DNA of 64,000 nucleotides from an uncultured Candidatus Saccharibacteria bacterium (GTDB lineage Bacteria; Patescibacteriota; Saccharimonadia; CAILAD01; BJGX01): NCBI GenBank assembly GCA_964610335.1, contig CAZSVP010000001.1, positions 23,057 to 87,056 of the forward strand, read 5' to 3'. Shown piece by piece: positions 25,017 to 34,658 of this stretch (position 1 is its first letter; each line of letters starts with the position of its first letter). The notes under the pieces were generated by a model. It saw only the letters and a program-made list of their open reading frames with translations, ran no database searches and was not told where the DNA came from. The position numbers and the translations under genes were made by a program.

Positions 25017-25574
25017 CTATTTTTCAAGATGCCGCTTCTGAACCAACAAGTTTCTTTTGCGAAAAGGCGTGCCCTCAAAGCCAGCGTCTACCAACAACAA
25101 TGCTGCAAAAAGCAATGCCGAAACAAACAGGCTTATATTAAAGCCTTTTACAACAAAGTACATCATTGCAGCAAATCCTATGTATCCCACCATCAATATC
25201 AAATAACTGACATTGAGACGATATATTAGTGCTGTTACAAGCATGCCAAACGAACATGCCAATGGCCAGCCAATAAACATGTTGTCACCAAATAGTGGGA
25301 TAGCACCAGTTCGCTCAAATATATTCAAAAATATTCCGCCCAATACTATTATTGCCCATACTATTTGGGATATTCTGGTTTTTTTGTCTTTGGTGCCACC
25401 TAACTTATACTCAACAGCCACTCCTACTACTCCAACAACAAACCAAAGCACAAAGAAAGCGACCATCGAGTCAAACAGCCAAATACTCGCTACATACCCA
25501 ACCGATACTAGCCCGGCCCAGACGAGCATGATTCTTTGATAATTGTTGAGCTTCATATACTTATATTGTATCAC
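25017..25574 (-). CDS. hypothetical integral membrane protein (5-6 TM)
   Basis: 185 aa, highly hydrophobic, with no recognisable motif. Confidence 0.4.
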   Translation of the reverse strand: MIQYKYMKLNNYQRIMLVWAGLVSVGYVASIWLFDSMVAFFVLWFVVGVVGVAVEYKLGGTKDKKTRISQIVWAIIVLGGIFLNIFERTGAIPLFGDNMFIGWPLACSFGMLVTALIYRLNVSYLILMVGYIGFAAMMYFVVKGFNISLFVSALLFAALLLVDAGFEGTPFRKRNLLVQKRHLEK

Positions 25575-25636
25575 TTAACTAAGCTAGCTATAAGTTGATC
25601 AATCTGTTAGAATTGGGTTCGATTTATATAGATCAC

Positions 25637-25712
25637 GCGCCCTTAGCTCAGCGGATAGAGCGTCTGGCTTCGGACCAGAAGGTCGGGGGTTCGAATCCCT
25701 CAGGGCGTACCA
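25637..25712 (+). tRNA. tRNA-Arg (anticodon TCG by loop position; ACG-family isoacceptor), CCA encoded
   Basis: GCGCCCTTAGCTCAGCGGATAGAGCGTCTGGCTTCGGACCAGAAGGTCGGGGGTTCGAATCCCTCAGGGCGTACCA. The anticodon loop is CTTCGGA. Confidence 0.8.
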
Positions 25713-25735
25713 GCAATTATTAACTAGCGAAACTC

Positions 25736-26818
25736 TTAGTAGCTAGCTCCAACCTTCTCTGTATTGATAAGCCAACCCACAGAATTAGTCGTGGGGATTA
25801 ATACATACTCGTAACCGTTGGTATACTGGCTTGGATTGTCATGATATTTGTACAACACATTGGCTGTCGCCTTATAGTTGCCGTCGTCCTGTTTCTTGAC
25901 TGTTATAACACGGAAGCTTGCAGGATACACAGTAGCACGTGACTCAGGTGTAAGCTGATTGAAATCAAACTCATTTTGGAATGCCTGTGTCATATACTTG
26001 CGCATAGTGGAGCCATTGCCGGCTACAAAAGCAGTTAGATACTGATTTACGTTGGTCTGAACAGTTTGAACATCGGCGGCATCCTTGGTTTTTTGTGCCT
26101 CGGCAGCATCCTTGGCAGCTTTCTCTTCACTCTTACGAGTATCAATCTCGTTTTTAACCTTGTCTAGTGTTGCTGATATGAGATAGATTTTGTCAGGCAT
26201 AGATTCGTTGAGAAAGCTATTGTTGGATTTGAGAGTATTAGCGCCATCACGAGCACTGTTGGCTTGTTCGTCAAGCTGAACAATATCACTAGTAGCAAGG
26301 TCACTCACAGTGTCACTTTGGGTGGCAGCATTGGCTATGTAAGTATTAAATCTATCCAAAAAGCCCTTGTACTCTGCTACAGCTTTGCCATTGCTCAAGA
26401 ATGTTGGCATCTTTTCAGCAGAGTATTTGTTATCGTTCAAAATCTGAGCAAACTTATGAAGCTGTTTGGAATACTCGGTATACTGATCAGGTGTTTTGAT
26501 CTGATCGCCAAGCACAATCGTAGTATTTGATTCAGCTACGACTACATGCCAACCATCAGAAATTGTTTGCTGGTTTTTAAGTACATTGTTTCGATATATC
26601 AACCCGAGAGTGATAGACACCACACCTATCGCTATGGCGGCTATACCAATCCAAAACTTAGGTTTCTTATAGATTGGCTTGGTTTGATCTGCCTTTGGCT
26701 TGTCTGTAGTTTGATCGGTTGAAATTTGGCCGAGCTCAGCTTGTTGAGACGCAATATTTGTATCCTGTTGTTTGGCTTCAGGTTTATCTTGTGATGAAGA
26801 CTTTGATTCGTCTGGCAT
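25736..26818 (-). CDS. hypothetical bitopic membrane protein with low-complexity N-terminus and extracytoplasmic domain
   Basis: 360 aa. An N-terminal K/Q/D-rich tail, one TM (FWIGIAAIAIGVVSITLGLIY), and no recognisable catalytic motif. Confidence 0.4.
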   Translation of the reverse strand: MPDESKSSSQDKPEAKQQDTNIASQQAELGQISTDQTTDKPKADQTKPIYKKPKFWIGIAAIAIGVVSITLGLIYRNNVLKNQQTISDGWHVVVAESNTTIVLGDQIKTPDQYTEYSKQLHKFAQILNDNKYSAEKMPTFLSNGKAVAEYKGFLDRFNTYIANAATQSDTVSDLATSDIVQLDEQANSARDGANTLKSNNSFLNESMPDKIYLISATLDKVKNEIDTRKSEEKAAKDAAEAQKTKDAADVQTVQTNVNQYLTAFVAGNGSTMRKYMTQAFQNEFDFNQLTPESRATVYPASFRVITVKKQDDGNYKATANVLYKYHDNPSQYTNGYEYVLIPTTNSVGWLINTEKVGASY

Positions 26819-26865
26819 ATATTTCCTTTTTACAAAAGTTATTTGTTGATATACATTATCATGCT

Positions 26866-28128
26866 TTATTTGACTAGAATCAATTGGGCAAGACCTAGGA
26901 ATACAAAGAATCCACCTACATCAGTACAAGTAGTGATAAATATTGTGGCCGAGGTTGCAGGGTCCTTACCTAAGCTTTTCATGATGAGTGGTATCACTGC
27001 ACCAGCAACTGCGGCTATCAATAAATTAATCACCATAGCCATTGCCAATACCAACCCAAGCTGAGGATTTTTGTTGAATATAGTGGCCACAGCTGCAACA
27101 ATGATGCCGTTGATAAGACCATTTATCACACCGGCACCTGCCTCGCGCATCACAAATCTCATACCATGTTTTAAATCGATCTCTTTCATCACCAAGCCAC
27201 GCACAGACACAGCTAGTGTTTGAGTTGCAGCGTTACCGCCCATACCAGCAACAATAGGCATATACACAGCAAGCAATGTTAACTTGGAGATTGTTCCTTC
27301 GAACATCCCAACAACTGATGCTGCCAGAAATGCCGTACCGAGGTTGATGATAAGCCAAAGATAACGATATCGTACCTTGGTACCTACTCCATCCAAGGCA
27401 TCTTCTTCGTTGCTAACACCGGCGAATCCATAGAGGTCGTTTGCCGTTCGTCGATTGATAAGAGCGATCAAATCATCGGAATGGATCACACCCATGACAC
27501 TCTCATCTTCATTAAGCACCACTACCTTATTGTGGGGGTTCTTCATAAACGAGTTTACAACCTTGCGCTCATCACTATCGTATTTGATAGACGGTACGCG
27601 CTTGATGTATTTTTCAATTCGCTCCGTCCGCTTGCGCAGAGCCAACTCATGGCCAGGTAGCTCGCCGATCATTTTGCCATCTTCGAAGGCCAATATTACT
27701 GGAAACTTACCTGTGCGTTTCTCATGTGCCTGGATGTCAGCCGACAATTCTTCAAATGTTGCCTTAGGGCTCACCTCTACATAATCGAGGTTCATCATAC
27801 CGGCTGCTGTGCGTGGATCAAAGCTCAATAGCGTATCAACCTTGTCACGCAGATCTTGATTGAGCTCTGCAGTGATATGCTTGGCTCGATGCCGATGTAG
27901 CTCTTGAATAATATCCGTGGCTTTGTCGGGATCCAGATAGTTGAGCATAGCAATAATCTCGTCATTGTCGAGGTTATCTAGAATCTTATAACGAAGCTTT
28001 TTACTAAGGCGCAAAAGTACGCCACCTTGCTTACCAGGCTCAATATCTCGAAATATACTCATCCGCACTTTTGGCAGATGCGTAATTTGATCGATTACTT
28101 TTTCGTCACTCACTAATGTGTTTGCCAT
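26866..28128 (-). CDS. mgtE: magnesium transporter MgtE
   Basis: N-terminal MgtE_N helical domain, a CBS pair (…VVLNEDESVMGVIHSDDLIAL…), and a C-terminal 5-TM MgtE channel domain with acidic residues. Confidence 0.8.
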   Translation of the reverse strand: MANTLVSDEKVIDQITHLPKVRMSIFRDIEPGKQGGVLLRLSKKLRYKILDNLDNDEIIAMLNYLDPDKATDIIQELHRHRAKHITAELNQDLRDKVDTLLSFDPRTAAGMMNLDYVEVSPKATFEELSADIQAHEKRTGKFPVILAFEDGKMIGELPGHELALRKRTERIEKYIKRVPSIKYDSDERKVVNSFMKNPHNKVVVLNEDESVMGVIHSDDLIALINRRTANDLYGFAGVSNEEDALDGVGTKVRYRYLWLIINLGTAFLAASVVGMFEGTISKLTLLAVYMPIVAGMGGNAATQTLAVSVRGLVMKEIDLKHGMRFVMREAGAGVINGLINGIIVAAVATIFNKNPQLGLVLAMAMVINLLIAAVAGAVIPLIMKSLGKDPATSATIFITTCTDVGGFFVFLGLAQLILVK

Positions 28129-28307
28129 ACATTACAAGTATAGTCGACTATCACTTAAGTAAAAAGTGCTAGCTGCTTAGTTCTAATGGTTTAGTTTTAT
28201 GCAAGAAGATCTAGGCAGAATCGAGGATCGAAGTAAGGTGTAGTCAACTACGTTGCACGAGAACCGTAGATTCTAACGAAGATGTTCAAAGCAGAAATAA
28301 ACCAACT

Positions 28308-28580
28308 CTACTTAATTGTGCGCTTGAATGCTGTACCAGCTCGAAATTTGGGGATTATCTGCTCGGCAATTTCCATAATTTCACCAGTTTGAGGGTTGGC
28401 AGCATGAGTGGCCGCCTTACGCCCACGATAGAATGTACCAAAGCCACTGATCTTAACATCATGTCCAGACTTGATTTCAGCTTGGATTATGCCCAATAGC
28501 TTATTTACGATTCGTTCGGCTTGAGCATTGCTGTAGTGCATCTCAGCCGCAAGCTCTGCAATTAATTCCTTCTTGGTCAT
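28308..28580 (-). CDS. hup: HU family DNA-binding protein
   Basis: 90 aa: MTKKELIAELAAEMHYSNAQAERIVNKLLGIIQAEIKSGHDVKISGFGTF…RKAATHAANPQTGE…, the typical HU/IHF arm. Confidence 0.85.
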   Translation of the reverse strand: MTKKELIAELAAEMHYSNAQAERIVNKLLGIIQAEIKSGHDVKISGFGTFYRGRKAATHAANPQTGEIMEIAEQIIPKFRAGTAFKRTIK

Positions 28581-29368
28581 ACATCTACTTTCACTAAGAT
28601 TTGTTCGATTGAGCGTGCCCTACCATCGCTACCCACATCAATTAGTACTGAACTAAATTGTACCTCACCACTCGTCGGCCAATCAAACTTACCAGGCAGC
28701 TGGGTAAGCCACTTCTCAATAATCACTTCTTTCTTTACCCCAAGTACAGAATCAGTTGGGCCGGTCATGCCAACGTCACTGATGTGGGCCGTGCCACCAG
28801 GCAGTACTCGAGCGTCCGCGGTACTTACGTGCGTATGGCTCCCCACTACCGCGCTCACTCGGCCATCGTAGTAGAACCCAATTGCTACTTTTTCACTTGT
28901 GAGATCACCATGGAAGTCTACTATGCTAGCAGCAATATGTTCATGATCGTTTTGTTTTAGAATCTCGTCGACGACCTTGAGTGGATGATCGAACTGCGGA
29001 CCGTTAAATGTCTGCCCCATCACATTTATTACCAATACTTTGCCAAAGGGCGTATCGGCCACAGCCCAACCACGTCCTGGCGTTTTGCCAGGGTAGTTGG
29101 CAGGGCGAATCACTGGTACGTTTGGGTCTTCGAAGTACGGATAGAAATCTTTCTTCTTAAAGCTATGATTACCACCAGTGAAGAAGTCCACTCCGGCCTC
29201 ACGCATCTGATTGACCGAATCAATCGTCAGCCCGTTACCAGTACTCATGTTTTCGCTTTGGGCTATTACAAAGTCAATTTGTTTCTCGTTGCGCAAGTCC
29301 GGCAGTACTTGTGCCACAGCCTTGCGACCTATCTTCGCGATTATGTCTCCGATATATAGTATTTTCAT
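28577..29368 (-). CDS. YmdB-like metallophosphoesterase (TIGR00282 family)
   Basis: MKILYIGDIIAKIGRKAV…FVIAQSENMSTGNGLT…GNHSF…VDFHGDLTSEKVAIG…GSHTHV, the calcineurin-like YmdB signature. Confidence 0.75.
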   Translation of the reverse strand: MKILYIGDIIAKIGRKAVAQVLPDLRNEKQIDFVIAQSENMSTGNGLTIDSVNQMREAGVDFFTGGNHSFKKKDFYPYFEDPNVPVIRPANYPGKTPGRGWAVADTPFGKVLVINVMGQTFNGPQFDHPLKVVDEILKQNDHEHIAASIVDFHGDLTSEKVAIGFYYDGRVSAVVGSHTHVSTADARVLPGGTAHISDVGMTGPTDSVLGVKKEVIIEKWLTQLPGKFDWPTSGEVQFSSVLIDVGSDGRARSIEQILVKVDV

Positions 29369-29832
29369 TTTAGTTCCATTTCTAAGGTTAGACTCTCTGG
29401 TTCAAAACCAATATTCTTATAAAATTCTATCCCTCGTTTATTGGCTGCATATGCGCTTACTCTAACAGTAACAGCACCATTATCCTTGGCCCATTTTGTA
29501 AACTTCTTTACCATGTCTGTTCCAATGCCCTTTGATCTATACTTCGGCAGTACAAAAAAGCTACCTAGCTCAAAAGTCTTAATGGGACGCCAATCAACTA
29601 ATGTGTTTGGCTCACCAGTAAGATATGCTACCACCATTCCTTCTGTTTCAGCCACCAAACAAAGCTTATCTGCATTTTCTATGTGTTCCAAATAGTAGCT
29701 TTTACCTCTTTCGTCGTGTGCCCAATCGAAATCTGCATACTTTTCCGTACTACCTGAAGGATCACGGAATAACCCAAGCCCTAAATCCTGAATTGCAGGT
29801 AAGTCGTTAATTGTAGCTTCGCGAATAATCAT
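29365..29832 (-). CDS. GNAT family N-acetyltransferase
   Basis: 155 aa with the acetyl-CoA-binding region VLPKYRSKGIGTDMVKKFTKWAKDNG. Confidence 0.7.
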   Translation of the reverse strand: MIIREATINDLPAIQDLGLGLFRDPSGSTEKYADFDWAHDERGKSYYLEHIENADKLCLVAETEGMVVAYLTGEPNTLVDWRPIKTFELGSFFVLPKYRSKGIGTDMVKKFTKWAKDNGAVTVRVSAYAANKRGIEFYKNIGFEPESLTLEMELK

Positions 29833-30473
29833 TTGTTATATTCCCAATACTTTCCATCACCTACCATTTCAATTTTGTCACCATCAACTTTGACTGCCAT
29901 ATTGTTGTCGTATGCTATGAGTTTATTTTCTATGGTCTTGGCATAATCTTCATTGGCTTTGAGAGACACATCCTCAGGAGTATGTGGAGAAACTTCGAAA
30001 TCCACCAAGCCAAGGCCTGACGTGTCTTTGATATCCACGATGTTCTCATCGCCATCATCAATCTCTGCTACATCAATTGATGGCGTGACCAAAATACTAC
30101 CGGCACTATCGCCAACATAGACTCTTGTTTCTAGAAGCCTTGGTAGTTCATCTGCCAATCCAGATTTCCTGACTTCATCGAGCAAATAGTATGTGTTACC
30201 GCCAAGTATAAAAATAACATCTGCTTCCTCTAGCCTTGGTAACCAATATTCTTTGTCGATTGCAGCAACATCAACCAAATCAAATTTGGCAAAGCCAAGG
30301 GAATTTAAACTCGATATCCTTTTCACTTTTTTTGTTTTGTCACCGTCATCGCGATTGATGGCAGTGGTAATACAAGCAAAGTTGAGCTCAGCAAACGGTT
30401 TGCCAGCCAAGTCAATAAGCACATTCTGCAACTGTTTGGTTGTTAGTCCATCGGATGTGAGTAGTAGTTTCAT
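29829..30473 (-). CDS. peptidase S51 family protein (dipeptidase E-like)
   Basis: DVIFILGGNTYYLL (GGNT motif) and the SAGS nucleophile region (VGDSAGSILV). Confidence 0.65.
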   Translation of the reverse strand: MKLLLTSDGLTTKQLQNVLIDLAGKPFAELNFACITTAINRDDGDKTKKVKRISSLNSLGFAKFDLVDVAAIDKEYWLPRLEEADVIFILGGNTYYLLDEVRKSGLADELPRLLETRVYVGDSAGSILVTPSIDVAEIDDGDENIVDIKDTSGLGLVDFEVSPHTPEDVSLKANEDYAKTIENKLIAYDNNMAVKVDGDKIEMVGDGKYWEYNK

Positions 30474-30805
30474 TAGAACAATCTCCCACCAAGCGGTACA
30501 TCTTTGGTTGGCATGATCAATGTGGCATTGCCATCACTATCCGGAAAGCCTAGAGTTAATACTTCACTCACGGCTGGGCCGATTTGACGTGGCGGGAAGT
30601 TTACTACCGCAGCTACTAGCTTGCCTTCCAATTCATTCTTCTTGTAATTGGCGACTAGTTGGGCACAAGATTTCTTTGTACCAACTTCACTACCAAAATC
30701 TATTTGAAGTTTGTAGCTCGGTTTGCGAGCTTCAGGAAAATCCTCGACCTTCACAACCTTCCCAACTCGAATATCTAACTTATCAAAATCTTCAATAGTT
30801 GCCAT
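30473..30805 (-). CDS. csaA: tRNA-binding protein (CsaA/Trbp111 EMAP-type OB-fold domain)
   Basis: 110 aa: DIRVGKVVKVEDFPEARKPSYKLQIDFGSE…QLVANYKKNELEGKLVAAVVNFPPRQIGP…. Confidence 0.7.
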   Translation of the reverse strand: MATIEDFDKLDIRVGKVVKVEDFPEARKPSYKLQIDFGSEVGTKKSCAQLVANYKKNELEGKLVAAVVNFPPRQIGPAVSEVLTLGFPDSDGNATLIMPTKDVPLGGRLF

Positions 30806-30807
30806 TA

Positions 30808-31536
30808 CTATCCAATCTTGGGTGCACTATAGCCACCATCTATTACTATTGTAGTCGCATTGATGCTTTGGTTTCGGATAACTTCCATCATAAGATCGGC
30901 AATTTCGGCTGGTTCTACTAGCCGATTTGTTAGTTGGTCTTTCTGAATATTTTTGAGATCTACTTCGTCCATATCCATGTTCCAAGCGCTATGTACATAC
31001 CCAGGCGCGATACCGACCACCCGAATCCGTGGCGACCAACGTTTGGCAAAGGTATTGGTAAGTAGATCAAGTGCACTCTTACTAGCACCATACATATTGA
31101 ACTGCATGTCACCAAATTGTTTTTGGCCCATCGAAGAAGAAATGTTTACCACTACGCCTTGATCAACTACAAGCTTTTCTGCACATGCCATCAGCAACCC
31201 AGGCACGGTTGTGTTAACTAGAAAGTTATTTTGCCACTCTTGCCAATCCTTTTGTACTTCTTCCCAATTATCACCAGACTCGGCATAGTACACTGCGGCG
31301 TTTACAACTACATCGTATGGTGCTCCACCCTCAACTTCCTTTAAAAAGCCATCAAAACTTGTTTTGTCTTGAAAATCAGCTTGGACAAAAGTAACGTTTG
31401 GATACTTATCCATTACTTCTTGGCTTAAGTTGTTGTTGGAATGATATTGTGCAACAATCTCGTAGCCAGCATCCACCAACGAGCCAAGCAGTGCCTTATT
31501 CACTTCACTATTTACGCCGGTTATTAGTGCTTTCAT
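30808..31536 (-). CDS. SDR family oxidoreductase
   Basis: Rossmann N-terminus MKALITGVNSEVNKAL and the catalytic YxxxK (NMYGASKSALD). Confidence 0.65.
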   Translation of the reverse strand: MKALITGVNSEVNKALLGSLVDAGYEIVAQYHSNNNLSQEVMDKYPNVTFVQADFQDKTSFDGFLKEVEGGAPYDVVVNAAVYYAESGDNWEEVQKDWQEWQNNFLVNTTVPGLLMACAEKLVVDQGVVVNISSSMGQKQFGDMQFNMYGASKSALDLLTNTFAKRWSPRIRVVGIAPGYVHSAWNMDMDEVDLKNIQKDQLTNRLVEPAEIADLMMEVIRNQSINATTIVIDGGYSAPKIG

Positions 31537-32084
31537 TTTACTTCTGCAAGTTTATCAAGTTTGTATGTCCAGCCTGGCTGCCACTTGAACGGCGTGGTAG
31601 TAAGCTCTTGGTAACTTTTGCCATTTACCCAATACTCGATACCAAACTGTGTGGCGCGGTGGCCGATCACCATTACCCGCTTACCATCATAATCTTTGAG
31701 TAAGTCACCCAAAAAACTCTTTATGCGCTCGCCAGCCTGTTCGTAGCTTTCACCATTTGGAAAAGGGTCAGTAATATGTTCCACTTTGAGCTTGTCGACT
31801 TCTTCGCTTGGATGCTGTGTAAGGTCACCATAATCACATTCACGTAAGCGCTTATCGGTTATAATCGGCCAGTCTTTGTACACAAAACCGATTTTTGCGG
31901 ACATTTCGGCACGCTGTAAATCGGAAGTAAAAACAGCATCAAAGTGATCGGCTTTGTACCGATCTCCCATCTCGCCTGATTGTTTCATACCAAGTGGTGA
32001 AAGTGCAACATCATGCCAACCGGAAGCTTTGTGCGCTTCGTTGTCTAGAGTAGTGCCGTGAGCTTCAAATACTATCTCTACCAT
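31533..32084 (-). CDS. histidine phosphatase family protein (phosphoglycerate mutase-like)
   Basis: N-terminal …EAHGTT… (a variant of the RHG motif), …SDLQRAEMSA…, and …MVIGHRAT…. Confidence 0.55.
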   Translation of the reverse strand: MVEIVFEAHGTTLDNEAHKASGWHDVALSPLGMKQSGEMGDRYKADHFDAVFTSDLQRAEMSAKIGFVYKDWPIITDKRLRECDYGDLTQHPSEEVDKLKVEHITDPFPNGESYEQAGERIKSFLGDLLKDYDGKRVMVIGHRATQFGIEYWVNGKSYQELTTTPFKWQPGWTYKLDKLAEVK

Positions 32085-33602
32085 TTATTTTGCGTACTCC
32101 TCAGCTCTAGTCTCACGAATTACATTTACCTTGATAGTACCTGGATACTTGAGTGTAGCTTCGATCTTAGTCGCTACATCGCGGGCAAGTTTGATAGCAC
32201 TGAGGTCATCGATCTGCTCGGGTTTCACAAACACACGGATCTCACGACCGGCTGATACTGCATAGCTCTTGCTAATACCCTCAAAAGCATTGGCAACATT
32301 TTCAAGATCCTGCATACGCTTCACGTAGTTCTCGAGTGTGTCGCCACGTGCACCGGGGCGTCCGGCACTGAGTGCATCTACCACACGTACTATCAACGCC
32401 TCGACAGTGGTGGCCTCGATGTCGTCGTGATGAGCTTCGGCAGCGTGAGTTGTCGCTTCGTCGAAGCCAGCCTTGCGCATCATGTCGCCAGTGATGTGAT
32501 GGTGCTTACCTTCAACCTCGTGACTCACAGCTTTACCGAGATCATGCAAGAAAGCAGCCGTACGGCTTATCTGCACATCAGCACCAATCTCTTCGGCAAT
32601 CATAGCAGCCAAGTGGCTCATCTCCACAGAGTGAAAGAGTACGTTTTGACTGTAGCTAGTGCGGAACTTCAGCGAGCCCATGGTTTTTACAATCTCAGGT
32701 GGCAAGCCAGGCACCTTAGCATCACGCGCAGCTTCTTCACCTGCTAGTTTGATCTCTTGGTCGATTTCTTTTTGTACCTTTTGAACGACTTCTTCAATTC
32801 GACCGGGATGGATGCGTCCGTCACTTACCAATGTTTCAATAGTGCGGCGAGCTATTTGGCGACGAATAGGGTCAAAGCCAGACAGAGTAATCACACCCGG
32901 GCTTTCGTCGATTATCACATCAACTCCAGTGAGACGCTCAATTGTTTGGATGTTGCGGCCTTCCTTGCCAATTATACGGCCCTTCGCCTCATCATCAGGG
33001 ATCTTAACCATACTAATAGGTCGCTCGGTAGCAGTGGGAGTGGCCATACGTTCCATGGCAGCAGCCATAATCTCTTTGGCAGTATCATCGGCGTTTTCGG
33101 TAGCATCTCGTTTGCGCTTTTCTATATAAGCTGCTAAGTCGTGTTTGAGATCTTTCTCGGTAAGCTCATAAAGTTTTTCTTCGGCTTGTTTCTTGTCGAG
33201 CTTGGCTATCTTCTGTAAGTTCTCTTCTTGTTTAGCTCTTATAGCACGCAATTCGTCTTTAATAGCGGCAATCTCTTTCTCATCGGCTGTAAGTTTAGTA
33301 CCTCGCTGCTCAAGCTGTTCCAATTTGCTATCGAGCAAGGTCTCTCGATCGGCCACGCGTTTTTCCTGGGCATCGAGTTTTGACCGACGCTCACGTTCTT
33401 CAGACTTCGCTTCATCAATTACTTTTATAGCCTTATCCTTGGCTTCGAGCTCTATTTGTTTAGCATTGTCACGAGCTTCGTCTAGTAACTTTTTGGCTTT
33501 TGTATCAACATCGGTTTGTCTTTTTTTGTAGGTAATAGTTTGTACACCAAAGCCGGCTGCTCCGCCGATGGCCAAGGCGATTACAACATATAATGGTAGC
33601 AT
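32085..33602 (-). CDS. rny: ribonuclease Y
   Basis: N-terminal TM, a long coiled coil, a KH domain (…IIGKEGRNIQTIERLTGVDVIIDE…), and an HD domain (…LHDLGKA…HHDD…). Confidence 0.88.
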   Translation of the reverse strand: MLPLYVVIALAIGGAAGFGVQTITYKKRQTDVDTKAKKLLDEARDNAKQIELEAKDKAIKVIDEAKSEERERRSKLDAQEKRVADRETLLDSKLEQLEQRGTKLTADEKEIAAIKDELRAIRAKQEENLQKIAKLDKKQAEEKLYELTEKDLKHDLAAYIEKRKRDATENADDTAKEIMAAAMERMATPTATERPISMVKIPDDEAKGRIIGKEGRNIQTIERLTGVDVIIDESPGVITLSGFDPIRRQIARRTIETLVSDGRIHPGRIEEVVQKVQKEIDQEIKLAGEEAARDAKVPGLPPEIVKTMGSLKFRTSYSQNVLFHSVEMSHLAAMIAEEIGADVQISRTAAFLHDLGKAVSHEVEGKHHHITGDMMRKAGFDEATTHAAEAHHDDIEATTVEALIVRVVDALSAGRPGARGDTLENYVKRMQDLENVANAFEGISKSYAVSAGREIRVFVKPEQIDDLSAIKLARDVATKIEATLKYPGTIKVNVIRETRAEEYAK

Positions 33603-33768
33603 GCGACACTCCCCTTTCTATTCAACTGTCTCGTGCGAGTTGCACGGCCATTGCAACTTATTAATTGCTAATGGCAGACATGGTTATTAGTTACAAATGC
33701 AAAAAAATTTGGAAGCACGATAAATGTAATGTGCTTAACACCTATTATTGGCTTTTTTATCTGTTGAG

Positions 33769-34164
33769 TCAAGCCGACTTAGGGCTTGTAATATTGGGCT
33801 CGCGATCGTAACGCGGACTAATATAGGTGCCTTTTGAGGCATTCCTAAGAGCCTCTACACCTTGTTTTAGCCAATCGTCACCGTCAGATTCTACAATCAC
33901 AGTATTGTTACTATAAGCCAGCGCGTTGCCAACACTGGCACCAATGCGTAGGCCTGTAAATGATCCACTACCAGTAAACACAATTATTCCATCAACATCA
34001 TTAACTCTAATATTTGCTTCTTCACACAACAAACCTATATGAGTATTTAGGGTCTTCGCAAGCTCTCTATCGGCCAGCCAGTTTTTTTGAGTAACCACTG
34101 TCGAGTTAGAATTGAGTAAATACAACTCGGCCGTTGGCTGATCGGTGCGGATTGCCAAAATCAT
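33769..34164 (-). CDS. tsaB: tRNA t6A37 threonylcarbamoyltransferase subunit TsaB, minimal (131 aa)
   Basis: MILAIRTDQPTAELYLL… and IVFTGSGSFTGLRIGASVGNALAY (GPGSFTGLRIG-like motif). It is only about the N-terminal half of a typical TsaB. Confidence 0.65.
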   Translation of the reverse strand: MILAIRTDQPTAELYLLNSNSTVVTQKNWLADRELAKTLNTHIGLLCEEANIRVNDVDGIIVFTGSGSFTGLRIGASVGNALAYSNNTVIVESDGDDWLKQGVEALRNASKGTYISPRYDREPNITSPKSA

Positions 34165-34658
34165 GTGACTTGCTCCAGAAGTTTTTGATATGGTGTACCG
34201 ACTGCAGTCAGAATGAGTTTGCGATGCAGCTCATCTATATATTCAAATTCTACTTTTAATCGATCCCGGTTATTGAGAGATCCGAAATGCTGCGCCCACT
34301 CAATACAAACTATTGACTCAGGATTGGCTAGAGCATCGTCAATCTCACTTAGTACTAAATCATCGTCTTCAAGCCGGTATAGATCGAAGTGCTCCAAGTA
34401 CCCACTACAATTTGGTATCTCGTAGCGCTGATGAATAGTGAAAGTTGGCGATGTAACAGTCTTATCTATACCCAGGCTAATTGCCAAAGCCTTTACGAAG
34501 GTAGTTTTGCCACCACCCAAATCTCCTACTAATTCAATAAGTACTGCACCCTGTCGAGTACTAGGAATTGCCTGGGCGAGTTGTGCGGCGAGCAATGATA
34601 GCCTCGCGACATCGATGGTATAGGTTTGTGATTTCGGTTCGGTATTCATATATTCCAT
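34161..34658 (-). CDS. tsaE: tRNA t6A37 threonylcarbamoyladenosine biosynthesis ATPase TsaE
   Basis: Walker A LVGDLGGGKTTFVKAL and a conserved TSPTFT segment. The annotated start overlaps the upstream gene by about 98 nt, so the true start may be further downstream. Confidence 0.75.
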   Translation of the reverse strand: MEYMNTEPKSQTYTIDVARLSLLAAQLAQAIPSTRQGAVLIELVGDLGGGKTTFVKALAISLGIDKTVTSPTFTIHQRYEIPNCSGYLEHFDLYRLEDDDLVLSEIDDALANPESIVCIEWAQHFGSLNNRDRLKVEFEYIDELHRKLILTAVGTPYQKLLEQVT

